A stretch of DNA of 64,000 nucleotides from a virus (IMGVR_UViG_2816332256_000001:1-64000); one strand, 5' to 3'. Numbered from the stretch's first letter, positions 36,410 through 46,198 are shown. Notes: generated by a model from the sequence alone, not told the origin. Numbers and translations: made by a program.

Positions 36410-37092
36410 GGTGAGATCCTGCGAAATTCAACGACCCAGACCCAGGGATTGGTGTCCCAGCCATGCCCACGCGCCGCGTTCAGGCTGTCCCACAGGTCAT
36501 GAAAGGCGCGGATGCTGGGCGGCCGGTATGCGCCGGCGCAGTAACCGCGCATGTGATGGTCCTCGATCGTCACGCCTTCGGCGCGCGCGTCCGACTCGCT
36601 GATGCTCTGCAGGCGCTCGGCGCGCACGCGCGTGATTTCCAGCGTGATGCGCGACGCCCAGCGCGGCATGTGGATCGATGGCGTCCAGCGCTGGTAGTTG
36701 TAGAGCGTGGGGTTGTATCCCGGCGGTGCGATGACTTCGAATTGACCTCCTGCGGCATATGCGATGTTCCAACGTGTGGCTTGCGGCTGTTTCGGCGCCG
36801 CGTCAAACGGCGCCGGCATGAACGCTTCGCGCACCCACATCCGGTCGCCAATCTCGCCGAACGGCGATTTGCATCCCCATTCGCCGTCATCGCTGAATGC
36901 GCCGAAGATCTCCGGGCCGGGCGCCTCGTCGCCGCGCCGGTCGATGATCGTCGGGTGGTAACGCGCGGCGGTGATCGGCGTGACATCGACGGGCGGCTGG
37001 TGCTTCATCGCGCGGCGCGTCTGCGTCTTGCGGCCTTCGAGGATGGCGCGCACCATCGGGCCGCTGAAAAGGATCGGGCGCTCTTTCATCAT
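36406..37092 (-). CDS. ASCH/PUA-like phage protein
   Basis: KERPILFSGPMVRAILEGRKTQTRR...WTPSIHMPRWASRITLEI...NPWVWVVEF. Confidence 0.85.
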   Translation of the reverse strand: MMKERPILFSGPMVRAILEGRKTQTRRAMKHQPPVDVTPITAARYHPTIIDRRGDEAPGPEIFGAFSDDGEWGCKSPFGEIGDRMWVREAFMPAPFDAAPKQPQATRWNIAYAAGGQFEVIAPPGYNPTLYNYQRWTPSIHMPRWASRITLEITRVRAERLQSISESDARAEGVTIEDHHMRGYCAGAYRPPSIRAFHDLWDSLNAARGHGWDTNPWVWVVEFRRISP

Positions 37093-38141
37093 GCCTCCGG
37101 GAATTCATCATGCGTGCGGCCGTCGAGCAATCGGCCGGCGGCGCGCTTGCCTGCGCGGTGAACCATAGACCAGCTATCGCCGCTCGCGGCGCCGCGCGGG
37201 TAGTTGTCGACGCGGTAGCCGCCGGCCGCGATGCGCCCGTCAAGTGAGATCGCGGCCGTTTCGACGCGGCCTGAGCTGAAGTCGCCCGAGCCTGGTGCCC
37301 ATTCGCCGTGCTGTTTGAACAAGAACGGCACGCCGTAAGCCGCGCACTGGTCGCGCAACGAGCGAGCCCAGTCTGGATGCATCGGCCGCGCGCCGCGGCC
37401 GCTTTCGCCGCCGACGATCACCCAGTCGATCTCGGGTGAGCTAAATCCCGTCCCATCCTCCGCGTACTCCGTCGTGGGCCCATGAATCCATGGCGCGTCG
37501 GCAGGGCAGTCGGCACAGGACTGCATTTCCTGCATGCAGCACACACCAGTCGGATCGAACCAGGCTCGAAGATCAACCGGCCCGAGCAACGGCTCCATGG
37601 ACAGGAACCGGCGGCGCGCCGGCGTCATGAGCAGCTTCTCGATGTCGCGATCTGCCTCGGCCTGGTCGACGATCGTCGCGCCGAGCCAGACGTTTGCCCA
37701 CGGCCACGGCGTGTTGACGCGGCGGCCAGCGAGCTCGAGTGCACGGGCGATCATCGGTCCGGCATTGCCGATGCGTTTCGTCAGCAGCAACCAGTCGAGG
37801 TGCGGGGTGTTCCAGATCAGATCGAACAGGTCGGCGCGCCACGCATCCGGAACGGCGTTATCGAACACGTCGGCGAGCGACGCGCAGAACACGCGCTGGC
37901 GCCGGCCGTGTGCGGCGAAGAACTCAGCATGTGCAGCTTCCCACGCGAGCGGCTTCCGCCAGTTCGCGGCCGACGTGCGGCGACGCGGCGCGCCGGTCCC
38001 CCAGTTCACGGCCGTGCCGCCGGCGAAGCGCGCGTTGCGCGACTCGGCGTAGCAGTGGTCGCAGCCCGGGCTGACCTTCGCGCAGCCCTCCCACGGGTTG
38101 AAAGTGTGGTCGCACCACTCGATTTTTGTGTTCTCGCTCAT
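37089..38141 (-). CDS. DUF5131 (Gp37Gp68) radical-SAM-like protein
   Basis: TKIEWCDHTFNPWEGC.KVSPGCDHCYA, LLLTKR, WVIVGGESG, FLFKQHG. Confidence 0.9.
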   Translation of the reverse strand: MSENTKIEWCDHTFNPWEGCAKVSPGCDHCYAESRNARFAGGTAVNWGTGAPRRRTSAANWRKPLAWEAAHAEFFAAHGRRQRVFCASLADVFDNAVPDAWRADLFDLIWNTPHLDWLLLTKRIGNAGPMIARALELAGRRVNTPWPWANVWLGATIVDQAEADRDIEKLLMTPARRRFLSMEPLLGPVDLRAWFDPTGVCCMQEMQSCADCPADAPWIHGPTTEYAEDGTGFSSPEIDWVIVGGESGRGARPMHPDWARSLRDQCAAYGVPFLFKQHGEWAPGSGDFSSGRVETAAISLDGRIAAGGYRVDNYPRGAASGDSWSMVHRAGKRAAGRLLDGRTHDEFPEA

Positions 38142-38698
38142 GCGGCAAGCTCCTCGTCGTTGTTGTCCATGGGCTGCTGAAACACGCGGCCGCGCTCGCC
38201 GGCCGGGATCGTCACAAGGCCGGCCGCGGCGAGGAACGGATTGCGCTTCATGGCGTCGCGCGCCGCGCGAGCAGCTGCAGTTTTGATGGCGGCCGGGCAC
38301 GGTACGTCCGGCCCTGTGCCGACTGCCCACACCGGCCGCCACTGGGCTCGGCCGACGGGCGGGATCCACTCGACGATATGCACTTCGGCCCGGTGAATCG
38401 TCAGCAGCTCGCTGACGCGCTGCTGCGATACGCCGCAACGCGTCACCAGATCGCGAACGGACAGTTGCTCACGCTCGAGGATGGCGCGCATCCTGTCCCA
38501 TGCAGGCGTCGCGTGCGACTTGTAATCGCGTTGCGCCCGCTTGAGCTTGAGCACCCTGGTGGCGAAGGTCTGGACTGACTTACGCGAATGCCGCGGAAAC
38601 GCGGCGTACAGAGCCTTGGATGGGATAGGCGATGGGTAGAGGCGTGCGAGCAGGCGCGCCTCGCCGGTCGTCCACAGGTTGTGTGTCGACGTCGACAT
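38138..38698 (-). CDS. HTH/Myb-like DNA-binding protein
   Basis: WTTGEARLLARLYP repeat-like N-terminus and HTH LSVRDLVTRCGVSQQRV. Confidence 0.65.
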   Translation of the reverse strand: MSTSTHNLWTTGEARLLARLYPSPIPSKALYAAFPRHSRKSVQTFATRVLKLKRAQRDYKSHATPAWDRMRAILEREQLSVRDLVTRCGVSQQRVSELLTIHRAEVHIVEWIPPVGRAQWRPVWAVGTGPDVPCPAAIKTAAARAARDAMKRNPFLAAAGLVTIPAGERGRVFQQPMDNNDEELAA

Positions 38699-38786
38699 GC
38701 TTCGATTTCTCCGGATCCTTGCAGATGGTCGAGCCGCTGTTACTCAGCGAACTCAAGTTCGAGATGGGGTTGTCGATAACTGGGGG

Positions 38787-39005
38787 ATGAAGACGACAAT
38801 CACCAAGGCGGAAGCCCACGAAGTCCTGGAAGCAGCTACCAAACTAGTCGAGGCGCTGGCGGCCGCGAACGGCGTCGCGGTGGACTCACAAGAGGGACAG
38901 GTGCTGTACGACAAAATCGTGTTCGGCGCGCTTAACGAGTGCATGCCGAATGCAACGATCGAGCAGCTCTTCGAGCTGCTTGAAAAGCCGGACGGCGGCC
39001 ATTAA
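38787..39005 (+). CDS. Small acidic helical protein, counter-oriented
   Basis: 72 aa; GGGGG RBS before ATG; fills the gap between two minus-strand genes. Confidence 0.55.
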   Translation: MKTTITKAEAHEVLEAATKLVEALAAANGVAVDSQEGQVLYDKIVFGALNECMPNATIEQLFELLEKPDGGH

Positions 39006-39442
39006 CCGCTGATTGCGTGGCTCGTCGGACCGTCTGACTCAACACGTTCGGCAGCGCGGACCGGCGTACCCAGCGGTTTCCAGTGCGTGTACGGCGGCTG
39101 TTCGGGCGGCAGTCGGCTGCCGGCCGGTGCAACCGAGTGGGCCCACTCGTAGTGACTGGTCCACACCGTCCAGCAGTCATCCTCGATCATGTCGAAGTCG
39201 TATCGCTCGGGGTGTTGCTCGTCTTCGCCGTCGAGCCAGAAAACGACTACGAGAACATCGGTGGGAGCGGTCGAGATTGGTTGCCACTGGTCGATGCCGA
39301 GCTCGCGCAGGCGCGCAGCAACGTACGCTGCCAGTTCCAGCGCCGCCGCATAGCTCGCTCCATCCATGCACGTGCCGCGCTCGCGAATCCACTGCGACAC
39401 GATCGGCTCCGTCTCGGTCAACATGCCGTCGCTGATCTTCAT
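39002..39442 (-). CDS. DUF551-like phage protein
   Basis: WQPISTAP...THWKPL. Confidence 0.7.
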   Translation of the reverse strand: MKISDGMLTETEPIVSQWIRERGTCMDGASYAAALELAAYVAARLRELGIDQWQPISTAPTDVLVVVFWLDGEDEQHPERYDFDMIEDDCWTVWTSHYEWAHSVAPAGSRLPPEQPPYTHWKPLGTPVRAAERVESDGPTSHAISG

Positions 39443-39681
39443 GCTCGCACCCATCCTTTCGACGTCGAGCGGATCTTCCCAGCCTTGCGCAGCGCCTGCA
39501 GACGGCGCTCTAGAACACGCCAGTCGTCGACGCCGTAGCGTGATCGCTTGGTGCCGGCCACTTTGGCGTGTCGTTCGCATTCAGCCATCAGCGCGCGGCA
39601 GCCGCGCAGATACGTGAATGACTTTGGAGATTCGTCGATCGCACCAACGATCAGCGCGTCGAGTTTTTCGTATTTGCTCAT
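39439..39681 (-). CDS. Small wHTH-like phage protein
   Basis: VLERRLQALRKAGKI...GW. Confidence 0.6.
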   Translation of the reverse strand: MSKYEKLDALIVGAIDESPKSFTYLRGCRALMAECERHAKVAGTKRSRYGVDDWRVLERRLQALRKAGKIRSTSKGWVRA

Positions 39682-41117
39682 TGCTTTTCTCCTGCTCGGG
39701 CGGCGTCGATCTGCGCGCGTAGGTCAGACGGGGAGTGACCACTGTCGTCGTCGGTCGGAGAGGCCCAGAACATGTCGCGTGAACCGTACAGCAGCGGATG
39801 GCGAACATTGACGACGCGCTCGCAAAGCCAGTCGAGCCGTGCAGTGTCCGTCACCTCGGCGTGCGGCTCCGGCAGGTTCAGTTCTCCGCGCTGGATCTTG
39901 ATGGAGTTGTCGAGCGCGTCGATGTGGTCGGTAGTGAGTGCCTGAGCGCGGTCCGCCTCGATGACGGCGAGCGCGGCGGAGATTACGCCCGACGATGCGC
40001 GCGGCTCAGGCTGGGCCGGATGCGCGGCGTCTTGTTCCTTGAGCGCTTCCACGCGTAGTGCGAGCGATGCGTCGATCCCGACTGCGATCCGGTGTGCGAG
40101 CCCGAGACACCACGCCGGCATGTCAGTCTCGCCGCAGCCGCGCAGCAACCCTGCGTGTCCGATCAGCGTGAAAACGTCGCTTTCCGTCAGTCTCTCCCGA
40201 GCAGCTGCCGGTGCGGGAGGCTGCGGGGCGGCCGGAATTGCACGAAGCATTTCCCCCCAAACGGATTTGGCGCCGCGTCCTTGCGTGCATGGCCAGTAGC
40301 CACGATCGAGCATCGCTTGTGTCGGCTCGACCGGAACGAGCACGTAACCAGTCTTGCGCGGCACCGGTTCCGCCGCCGGCGCGAGTGCGGCGGCGCGGTC
40401 CCGCCGGCAGGAGTCGTCCGTGCGCTTTTCGCACGGGCCTGCGCCGCTGCACATGCACGGCGCAGGCACACCAGCAAGCCGCGCGCGCAGCCACGTCGCG
40501 ACGTCTTCGCCCTGCGGGCAACCGAACTCGCTGCAGATCCCGTGCAGCAGGTCGAGGTTCACGCGCACCGCGTTGTAGACCCAGCGGGCGATCGGGCGCA
40601 GCAGATCGCCGTCCTGCTGCGGCTCAATGACGTCGAGCAGATCGCGCACGATCTTGACGCTCGCCGAACTGTCGTTCGTGAGTTCGTCGATGCGCGCCTC
40701 GAGCGCCGCGGCGTTCGCGCGCCACGTGTCCGCCTTCAGCTGCGCGGCGTCGCGCTCGGCGGTGAGGCGCTCAACGTCGGCGCGCAGGCCTTCGATGATC
40801 TGCGCGACGTCGATGACGCGGGCGTTCGGATCCAGCGACTTCTCGACGAGGCCGACCGACACCAGCGTTGGAGCGGCATCGTCCGGTGCTGTGTCGCTGG
40901 TCGGCGCGGCTGGCGTGGTCGGCTGCGCTGCGCGCGCGAGCCAGTACACATATTCGTTGCCGCCGCCGGCCCGCTTTTCGCGCTCGACGATCGCCTCGCC
41001 GAGCATCCGGTTCAGCTCCTTCGTCACGTCGAGATGCGGGAGCCCGGTTCCGATCGCCACGGCCTTCGCCGTGGCTTCCGATGTCGCGGCGAGATACTTC
41101 TCGATGTCCTCTCTCAC
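39678..41117 (-). CDS. Mosaic phage protein (N-terminal wHTH, coiled coil, nin/ea-type segments)
   Basis: GTG start with GGAGG RBS; LVPVEPTQAML and DTARLDWL motifs common in early phage genes. Confidence 0.65.
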   Translation of the reverse strand: MREDIEKYLAATSEATAKAVAIGTGLPHLDVTKELNRMLGEAIVEREKRAGGGNEYVYWLARAAQPTTPAAPTSDTAPDDAAPTLVSVGLVEKSLDPNARVIDVAQIIEGLRADVERLTAERDAAQLKADTWRANAAALEARIDELTNDSSASVKIVRDLLDVIEPQQDGDLLRPIARWVYNAVRVNLDLLHGICSEFGCPQGEDVATWLRARLAGVPAPCMCSGAGPCEKRTDDSCRRDRAAALAPAAEPVPRKTGYVLVPVEPTQAMLDRGYWPCTQGRGAKSVWGEMLRAIPAAPQPPAPAAARERLTESDVFTLIGHAGLLRGCGETDMPAWCLGLAHRIAVGIDASLALRVEALKEQDAAHPAQPEPRASSGVISAALAVIEADRAQALTTDHIDALDNSIKIQRGELNLPEPHAEVTDTARLDWLCERVVNVRHPLLYGSRDMFWASPTDDDSGHSPSDLRAQIDAARAGEKQ

Positions 41118-42880
41118 GCTGCCTCCCTGATTGCGTGCTGCGCGGCCGGCGCGACCTGACCGTCCTCGACCCAGAATGCTTCGATGGCTTCGGGCAGGCC
41201 GCCGGGCGGCGTCTTCAGGCTCATGAACACGAGCGCCGTGTCGATCTGTTCGGTGTAGGCCAGGTCGTCGAGCCAGTAGAGCAGTCGGTCGCGCTCCGGG
41301 CCGACCAGGACGTCGGCGCGATCGAGCACGAGGAGCTTCAGGCCCGAGAAGTGGCTGATCGCCGCGGCGATGTGCGCGTCGACGCGCCAGCGCTCGGATT
41401 CGGACAGCAGGGCATAGGCGCGCCCGTCGGCGAAGATTTCCATCTCCGGCGTGATCGTCACGTCGGCCCATTCGGACATCTCTGCGAGCGCTACGAGGCG
41501 CTCGTTCATCGGTGTGAGCGCTTCGCTGAGCAGGTCGGCCGGGATGCCATTCGGCGCGAGCGCGTCGGCGATCGCCTCGTAGGCGGCAACGTCCTCGTGC
41601 AGCGCCGCAGCCTGCTTCGTCAGATCGGCGGCGCCGGCGGCGCGCCGTTCGATTTCGCGGAGCGTCGCGATGTCGGTGTCGAGCTGCTTTCGGCTGCGTT
41701 GAAGGTCGGCCAGTTCGGAGCGCGCGGCGTCGCCGCTCTCGCGCGCGGCGGCCGCGCCGCTGTCCTCCGCGTCGTCCTCGAGCGCCCGCAGCTGCGTCGC
41801 AGCCGCATCGGCCGCTTCGACGTCGCGTTTGCGGTTCGCGGCCGCGTTTTGCAGCGTCTTCAGGCCCTGCTCGTACTCGGGCAGCTTCGCGGCCGCGTCA
41901 GCGTCGCGCGCGCCGGCTGCGGCCGCCGCGGACAGAACGCCGTTGAGGTAGCGCAGGAGCGCGCCGCATTCAGGGCAGCTGCACTCGGTGCCGGCCGGCG
42001 CCGCGCCGGCTCGCACACGAAGCGCTTCGACCTTGGGCAGAAATTCGGCGACCTGCTCGTCGGCGAGCTGCGCGAGCTCGACCGCCTTCGCGTAACCGGC
42101 GGCGCGCGTGCGCAGGTCGGCGATTTTCGTTGCGCGCGCACGTGCCGCGGTGTCCGCCGCGTCAGCCGCGCCGATCTGCTGCTGCAGTTCGCCGATCCGG
42201 TCGTCGAGCGTCGCGCGATCGCCCGTGAGCTTCCGCAATGCTGCCTCGTCGAACTCGACCGCCGCCGGCCGCCACGTCGCACCCTTCTGGCTGCCGTACG
42301 TCTCGCCGGTCGCGTTGCGCCACGACTGCTTCGCGCCGCGCGCGCGGTCGGCCGCTTCCTTCTGCGCTGCCTCAAAGCCGGCACGCAACATCGGCGTGAT
42401 GGCTGCGAGCCGCGCGGCGGCCGGTGCCGGCACCGCGTCGGCGCGGAACCCGAGCTTGCCCAGCAGCCGAGCGCGCATTTCCTCGACGCCGATCTTCACG
42501 CCCATCAGGTCGTACAGAAACGCCCGGCGCTCGGCCGCGCCGAGGTGCGCGAACCGCTGCGCGTCGAGCACCAGCGGCAAGCGCGGATCCTCGACGAGCT
42601 CGCGCTTCAGCTTGCCGGACGGCAGCGTGACGCTGTTTGCCTGCTCGCCGCACGCGACCACGATCTGGCCGGCGTCGGCTCCTTCGGTGACGAGCGAGCC
42701 ATATTCCTTCTTCAGCGCGACGCGCACGGTGTCGCCGGTGAGCGCCATGCGCACGGCTTCCTGCAGGCTGCTCTTGCCGGCGCCGTTCGGGCCGGTGAAG
42801 AGGGCGACCGGCTTTGCGAGCCGGAGGTCCGCCGTGCGGATTCCGAGAACGTTCGCTACGTAGATGTCGGTGATTTTCAC
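41114..42880 (-). CDS. SMC/SbcC-like ATPase with coiled coil and Cys hook
   Basis: Walker A GPNGAGKSS, central CPEC, signature LLSESE, Walker B-like LLVLDRAD. Confidence 0.85.
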   Translation of the reverse strand: MKITDIYVANVLGIRTADLRLAKPVALFTGPNGAGKSSLQEAVRMALTGDTVRVALKKEYGSLVTEGADAGQIVVACGEQANSVTLPSGKLKRELVEDPRLPLVLDAQRFAHLGAAERRAFLYDLMGVKIGVEEMRARLLGKLGFRADAVPAPAAARLAAITPMLRAGFEAAQKEAADRARGAKQSWRNATGETYGSQKGATWRPAAVEFDEAALRKLTGDRATLDDRIGELQQQIGAADAADTAARARATKIADLRTRAAGYAKAVELAQLADEQVAEFLPKVEALRVRAGAAPAGTECSCPECGALLRYLNGVLSAAAAAGARDADAAAKLPEYEQGLKTLQNAAANRKRDVEAADAAATQLRALEDDAEDSGAAAARESGDAARSELADLQRSRKQLDTDIATLREIERRAAGAADLTKQAAALHEDVAAYEAIADALAPNGIPADLLSEALTPMNERLVALAEMSEWADVTITPEMEIFADGRAYALLSESERWRVDAHIAAAISHFSGLKLLVLDRADVLVGPERDRLLYWLDDLAYTEQIDTALVFMSLKTPPGGLPEAIEAFWVEDGQVAPAAQHAIREAA

Positions 42881-43758
42881 GATTCCTCTCCCTGCTGCCT
42901 GCGCGGCCGCAGCACCGTGCGGCCGCCGTCCGAATCCATCGCACTCACGATGCCCTTCGCTTCGAGCAGCTCGACCAGCCGTGCGGCGCGGTTGTAGCCG
43001 ATCTTGAACTGACGCTGCACGCTCGAGATCGTCACTTTCTGCTGCTCGATCACGAACGCTTCGACTTGGGGGTACAGCGGATCCTCGTCGCCGGCGGCGG
43101 CCTGTTGCTCGTGCCACTCCTTCCAGCCCTTCACCCATGCGATGCACAGTTCGCCAGCCATCACGGGGCATTCGCTTTCGGGCTTGCCTTCGGCGGCCGC
43201 CTGCCGGCCGGCATGATGCTGTTCGTCGATCTGCGCTTGCGTCGGACCGTCGCCGAGCTTCGGCACCTCGCGGAACTCGGCGTCGACGACGTCACCGTCG
43301 GATTTGTCGCCGTCCATGCCATCGCCATCGCCGTCCGTGTACTCGCGGCCGAGGTCGAAACCGCGCTGATCCGATTCGCCGCGGATCTCGTCCATGCCGC
43401 CGGTGTGCTCGCCCGGGTTTGCGACGACGACCAGAACGGTTTTCCCGCTTGCTTCGTAGAGCTCGTGCAGGTTCGGCTGAGAACCGCCGAATTTCACGAC
43501 CGCCTTGACGCCGTCTTTGATCGTGATCTGGTCGAGGTCACCCTGGACGACGATGCGGCCATCGCTCGCGATCAGATGCGTCGCCATCTTCACGTTGTGC
43601 TCGACGCGCGCACGCAGCCGGTCGATGACGTCGTTTTGCTTCTTCTCGGACAGCTTCACCCAGATGTCGGGCATCAGCTTCATTTCGGTCACCAGCGCGG
43701 AAAGCAGGTCTTTGCCGATGCTGTCGGCGGTCATCTGGAGGACGTTCTTGTCGGTCAT
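42877..43758 (-). CDS. Protein with an RMF-like motif and a C-terminal FtsK gamma domain
   Basis: DPLY...ISSVQRQFKIGYNRAARLVELLEAKGIVS is FtsK gamma; no FtsK motor domain. Confidence 0.85.
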   Translation of the reverse strand: MTDKNVLQMTADSIGKDLLSALVTEMKLMPDIWVKLSEKKQNDVIDRLRARVEHNVKMATHLIASDGRIVVQGDLDQITIKDGVKAVVKFGGSQPNLHELYEASGKTVLVVVANPGEHTGGMDEIRGESDQRGFDLGREYTDGDGDGMDGDKSDGDVVDAEFREVPKLGDGPTQAQIDEQHHAGRQAAAEGKPESECPVMAGELCIAWVKGWKEWHEQQAAAGDEDPLYPQVEAFVIEQQKVTISSVQRQFKIGYNRAARLVELLEAKGIVSAMDSDGGRTVLRPRRQQGEES

Positions 43759-43788
43759 GTCGAAATCCTTGGCGGCGGAAGGCGCGCG

Positions 43789-44988
43789 TTAGTCGGCGTT
43801 GATCGGGCCGCGCGGCCGACGGCCGGCCGGCGCGGTCGTTTGGGAAGATGCCTTGCCAGCGGCCGCCTGTTCGGCTGCCGCCGTGATGGCGCGCATGCGT
43901 GCGGAGGCGAGGGCGTTCAGTTCGGCCTTGGCGGTTTCGTCCGGCACGCCGCTGATCGCGCTGCGGGCGAGGTCGAGGTCTTCGGGCGACTTGGCGGACT
44001 CGATGTCCTCGCGGATGCCGCGCACGAGGCCGGCGACGTCGAAGTCGAAACCGCCTTGGCCGCCGTCATCGTCATCGCCCGGTTCGCCCTGGTCGTCGAC
44101 GGGGTCTGCGTGCGCGTCCGACGGCGGCGCGGCGTTTTCGTGCGATTCGGTGGCGGGGCCGGTTTGCGCCGGCGTGGCGCGCGAGACTTCCTCGGCCGGC
44201 TGCGCGCGTCCGGCGCGCAGCTCGTCGAGCGTCGAGCGGTTAACCGAGTAACTGCCGTCTTCGTGCACGTCGACGATGTCCGCCACTTCCTCGACGCTCG
44301 TCAGGCCCATTAGCAGCTCGGGCGCGTACAGCTTCCCGAAGAACGACGCGGTGCGATAGCGCAGCATGACCTCGTCCATCGTCTGCCACTTGCTGCCGTT
44401 CTTCGTGTACCAGCCTTCCTTGACGGCCATCTCGATCGACACGGCAGGCGAGTCGATCCGCTCGCCGGTCTCTTTCTCGATGGCCCACGCCACGCAGACC
44501 TTGTCGACGATCGGCACGCGCTTCGTGACCGTGCTGCGGTTGCCGTTCTCCCAGACCGTTTCGACGCGTTCGACTGTCTTGTCGCCGAGCACCTTGATGT
44601 CGAAGCGCAGGGGCGAGAAGCGGCCGCAGCCGTTCACCGCGGCGATGATCCACTGCGACGACCAGGACGGCCGGCCCTCGACGATGTACAGGTTCTGCAT
44701 CACCATCAGCGGATCGGCGCCCATGCGCTGCGCCATATTCAGCGCAACGACGGCGTTCGCGAGCGCGTTCGGGTTCTCACGCGATTCCTTCACGTTGCCG
44801 TACTTGTCGAGCTTTTCGATGACCTTGCGATACGCGGCAGGCACGAGCGTCGACGACGCAAGAAGGTTCGCAGCGCGCTGCATCAGCTCGAACGACTGCA
44901 GCGAGCCGAAGCCGGGAGCCACGGCGGGCATGTTGGCCTCGCGCGGCAGCGGCGAGCGGACGGATTCGAGAGTGGTAGGCGTGGACAT
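43789..44988 (-). CDS. RecT-like single-strand annealing protein
   Basis: NAVVALNMAQRMGADPLMVMQNLYIVEGRPSW...AVSIEMAVKEGW...WQTM..ML.YR. Confidence 0.75.
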   Translation of the reverse strand: MSTPTTLESVRSPLPREANMPAVAPGFGSLQSFELMQRAANLLASSTLVPAAYRKVIEKLDKYGNVKESRENPNALANAVVALNMAQRMGADPLMVMQNLYIVEGRPSWSSQWIIAAVNGCGRFSPLRFDIKVLGDKTVERVETVWENGNRSTVTKRVPIVDKVCVAWAIEKETGERIDSPAVSIEMAVKEGWYTKNGSKWQTMDEVMLRYRTASFFGKLYAPELLMGLTSVEEVADIVDVHEDGSYSVNRSTLDELRAGRAQPAEEVSRATPAQTGPATESHENAAPPSDAHADPVDDQGEPGDDDDGGQGGFDFDVAGLVRGIREDIESAKSPEDLDLARSAISGVPDETAKAELNALASARMRAITAAAEQAAAGKASSQTTAPAGRRPRGPINAD

Positions 44989-44999
44989 GGATATCTCGG

Positions 45000-45809
45000 T
45001 TATTCGTGGAATTGGCAGGTGCCGTAGCGCGGGCAGTACTTCTTGTCGCACAACAGCGATTTCGGGTTGGGGTAGAAGCGACCAGAGCGGAACATGTCGG
45101 CGGCAAACTGGATCAGCCCCGGCGTTTCCTCGGTGCCAAGCATCACGCGCTTGGCGTTCTTGACCGGTGCGGTCGCGACCTCAGGCGTACCCTTCGTTTT
45201 CAGGCCGATGATCTCGGCGGTGTCGCCGATCTGCTCGCCCGTCGTGTGCTCGTACAACAGCTCGTATGTCCCGATCTGCGGGCCGTGGCCCTTCGTGACA
45301 GCGACGCCCTGCGCGACGGCCTTCGATCCGCTCTTCAGGTCGGCGATGCCCGGGCCGAGCGCCGTGCGACGGACACGTGCGCGGTCCATCGTGCCGGTGA
45401 GGCGGACCACGATCCCACCGCCGCAGTCGATGTCGAGCGGCTTCGTTTCCATCTCGACCGCGACGAAGTTGTACCGCGGCGTGATTTCGAGGCAGTACTT
45501 CGTCGTGAGCGAGATACCGATGCGCTCGGCTTCCTTCAGGTTGAGATCGTCGCTCGCCGGGTTGTACTCGTTCGACGGGTCGTGCAGCTTGTCGACGAAT
45601 GCTCCGGCCGCGTCGTCGACGGTCAGGCCGGAGCCGTCAAGCATGCTCTGGTCATAGGCAGCCGTGCCGGCGTGGATCGCGGTACCGAGCGCGGCGCGCA
45701 GACCAACGACGTTCCGCATCTTCAGGAGGTGGGTTGCCTCCCACCGGTAGGCGCACTCGAAAAGTGCGCCCCAGCTCGACGCCCGCACGGTGTAGACCGA
45801 GGGGGTCAT
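45000..45809 (-). CDS. PD-(D/E)XK exonuclease (RecE/Cas4-like)
   Basis: GTAIHA, LTGTMD, IADLKSG, QIGTY, C-terminal C..KYCPRYGTC. Confidence 0.8.
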   Translation of the reverse strand: MTPSVYTVRASSWGALFECAYRWEATHLLKMRNVVGLRAALGTAIHAGTAAYDQSMLDGSGLTVDDAAGAFVDKLHDPSNEYNPASDDLNLKEAERIGISLTTKYCLEITPRYNFVAVEMETKPLDIDCGGGIVVRLTGTMDRARVRRTALGPGIADLKSGSKAVAQGVAVTKGHGPQIGTYELLYEHTTGEQIGDTAEIIGLKTKGTPEVATAPVKNAKRVMLGTEETPGLIQFAADMFRSGRFYPNPKSLLCDKKYCPRYGTCQFHE

Positions 45810-46105
45810 GCCGCACCTGCGATTTCGGCGTCGACGTCGGCGGCCGGTACCGGCATCTTCTCGATGCACACGTACGGGAAGCGGTCGGGGAACGGCTTGA
45901 TGTGCTTGTAGAAGTGCGAGCCGAGCGAGTCGGCGCCCTTGAGCGCATCGAAGTTCGCCTGCGTGAAGCCGGTGTAGTGGTACAGCGACGTCGGCGCATT
46001 CGTCTTGCGATCCTTGAAGCGGACCGCAAGCGTTTCGGATTCGGCGTCGTAGCCGATGCTATGGATCTGCGACGACTCGACCGGTTGGGTGTCGATGGTT
46101 TTCAT
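45806..46105 (-). CDS. KTSC domain protein
   Basis: VESSQIHSIGYD.ESETL.V.F...Y.Y...L..ADSLGS.F. Confidence 0.88.
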   Translation of the reverse strand: MKTIDTQPVESSQIHSIGYDAESETLAVRFKDRKTNAPTSLYHYTGFTQANFDALKGADSLGSHFYKHIKPFPDRFPYVCIEKMPVPAADVDAEIAGAA

Positions 46106-46198
46106 GTCTTGGAACTCCAGATAGAACGACGAGAGACGCGCATCGAACGGCGCGGCATGTGGCGGACAACGTTGCGTCGATGGGTGCGACGGCGGCGC

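Noticed and set aside
36168-36470. 474-aa version of the prophage 2 integrase
   Set aside because: The extension overlaps the excisionase; the start at 36167 (MIGRRKR) fits better.
45000-45809. Cas4-like nuclease as part of a CRISPR-Cas system
   Set aside because: Sits next to RecT in a recombination operon; no array or other cas genes.
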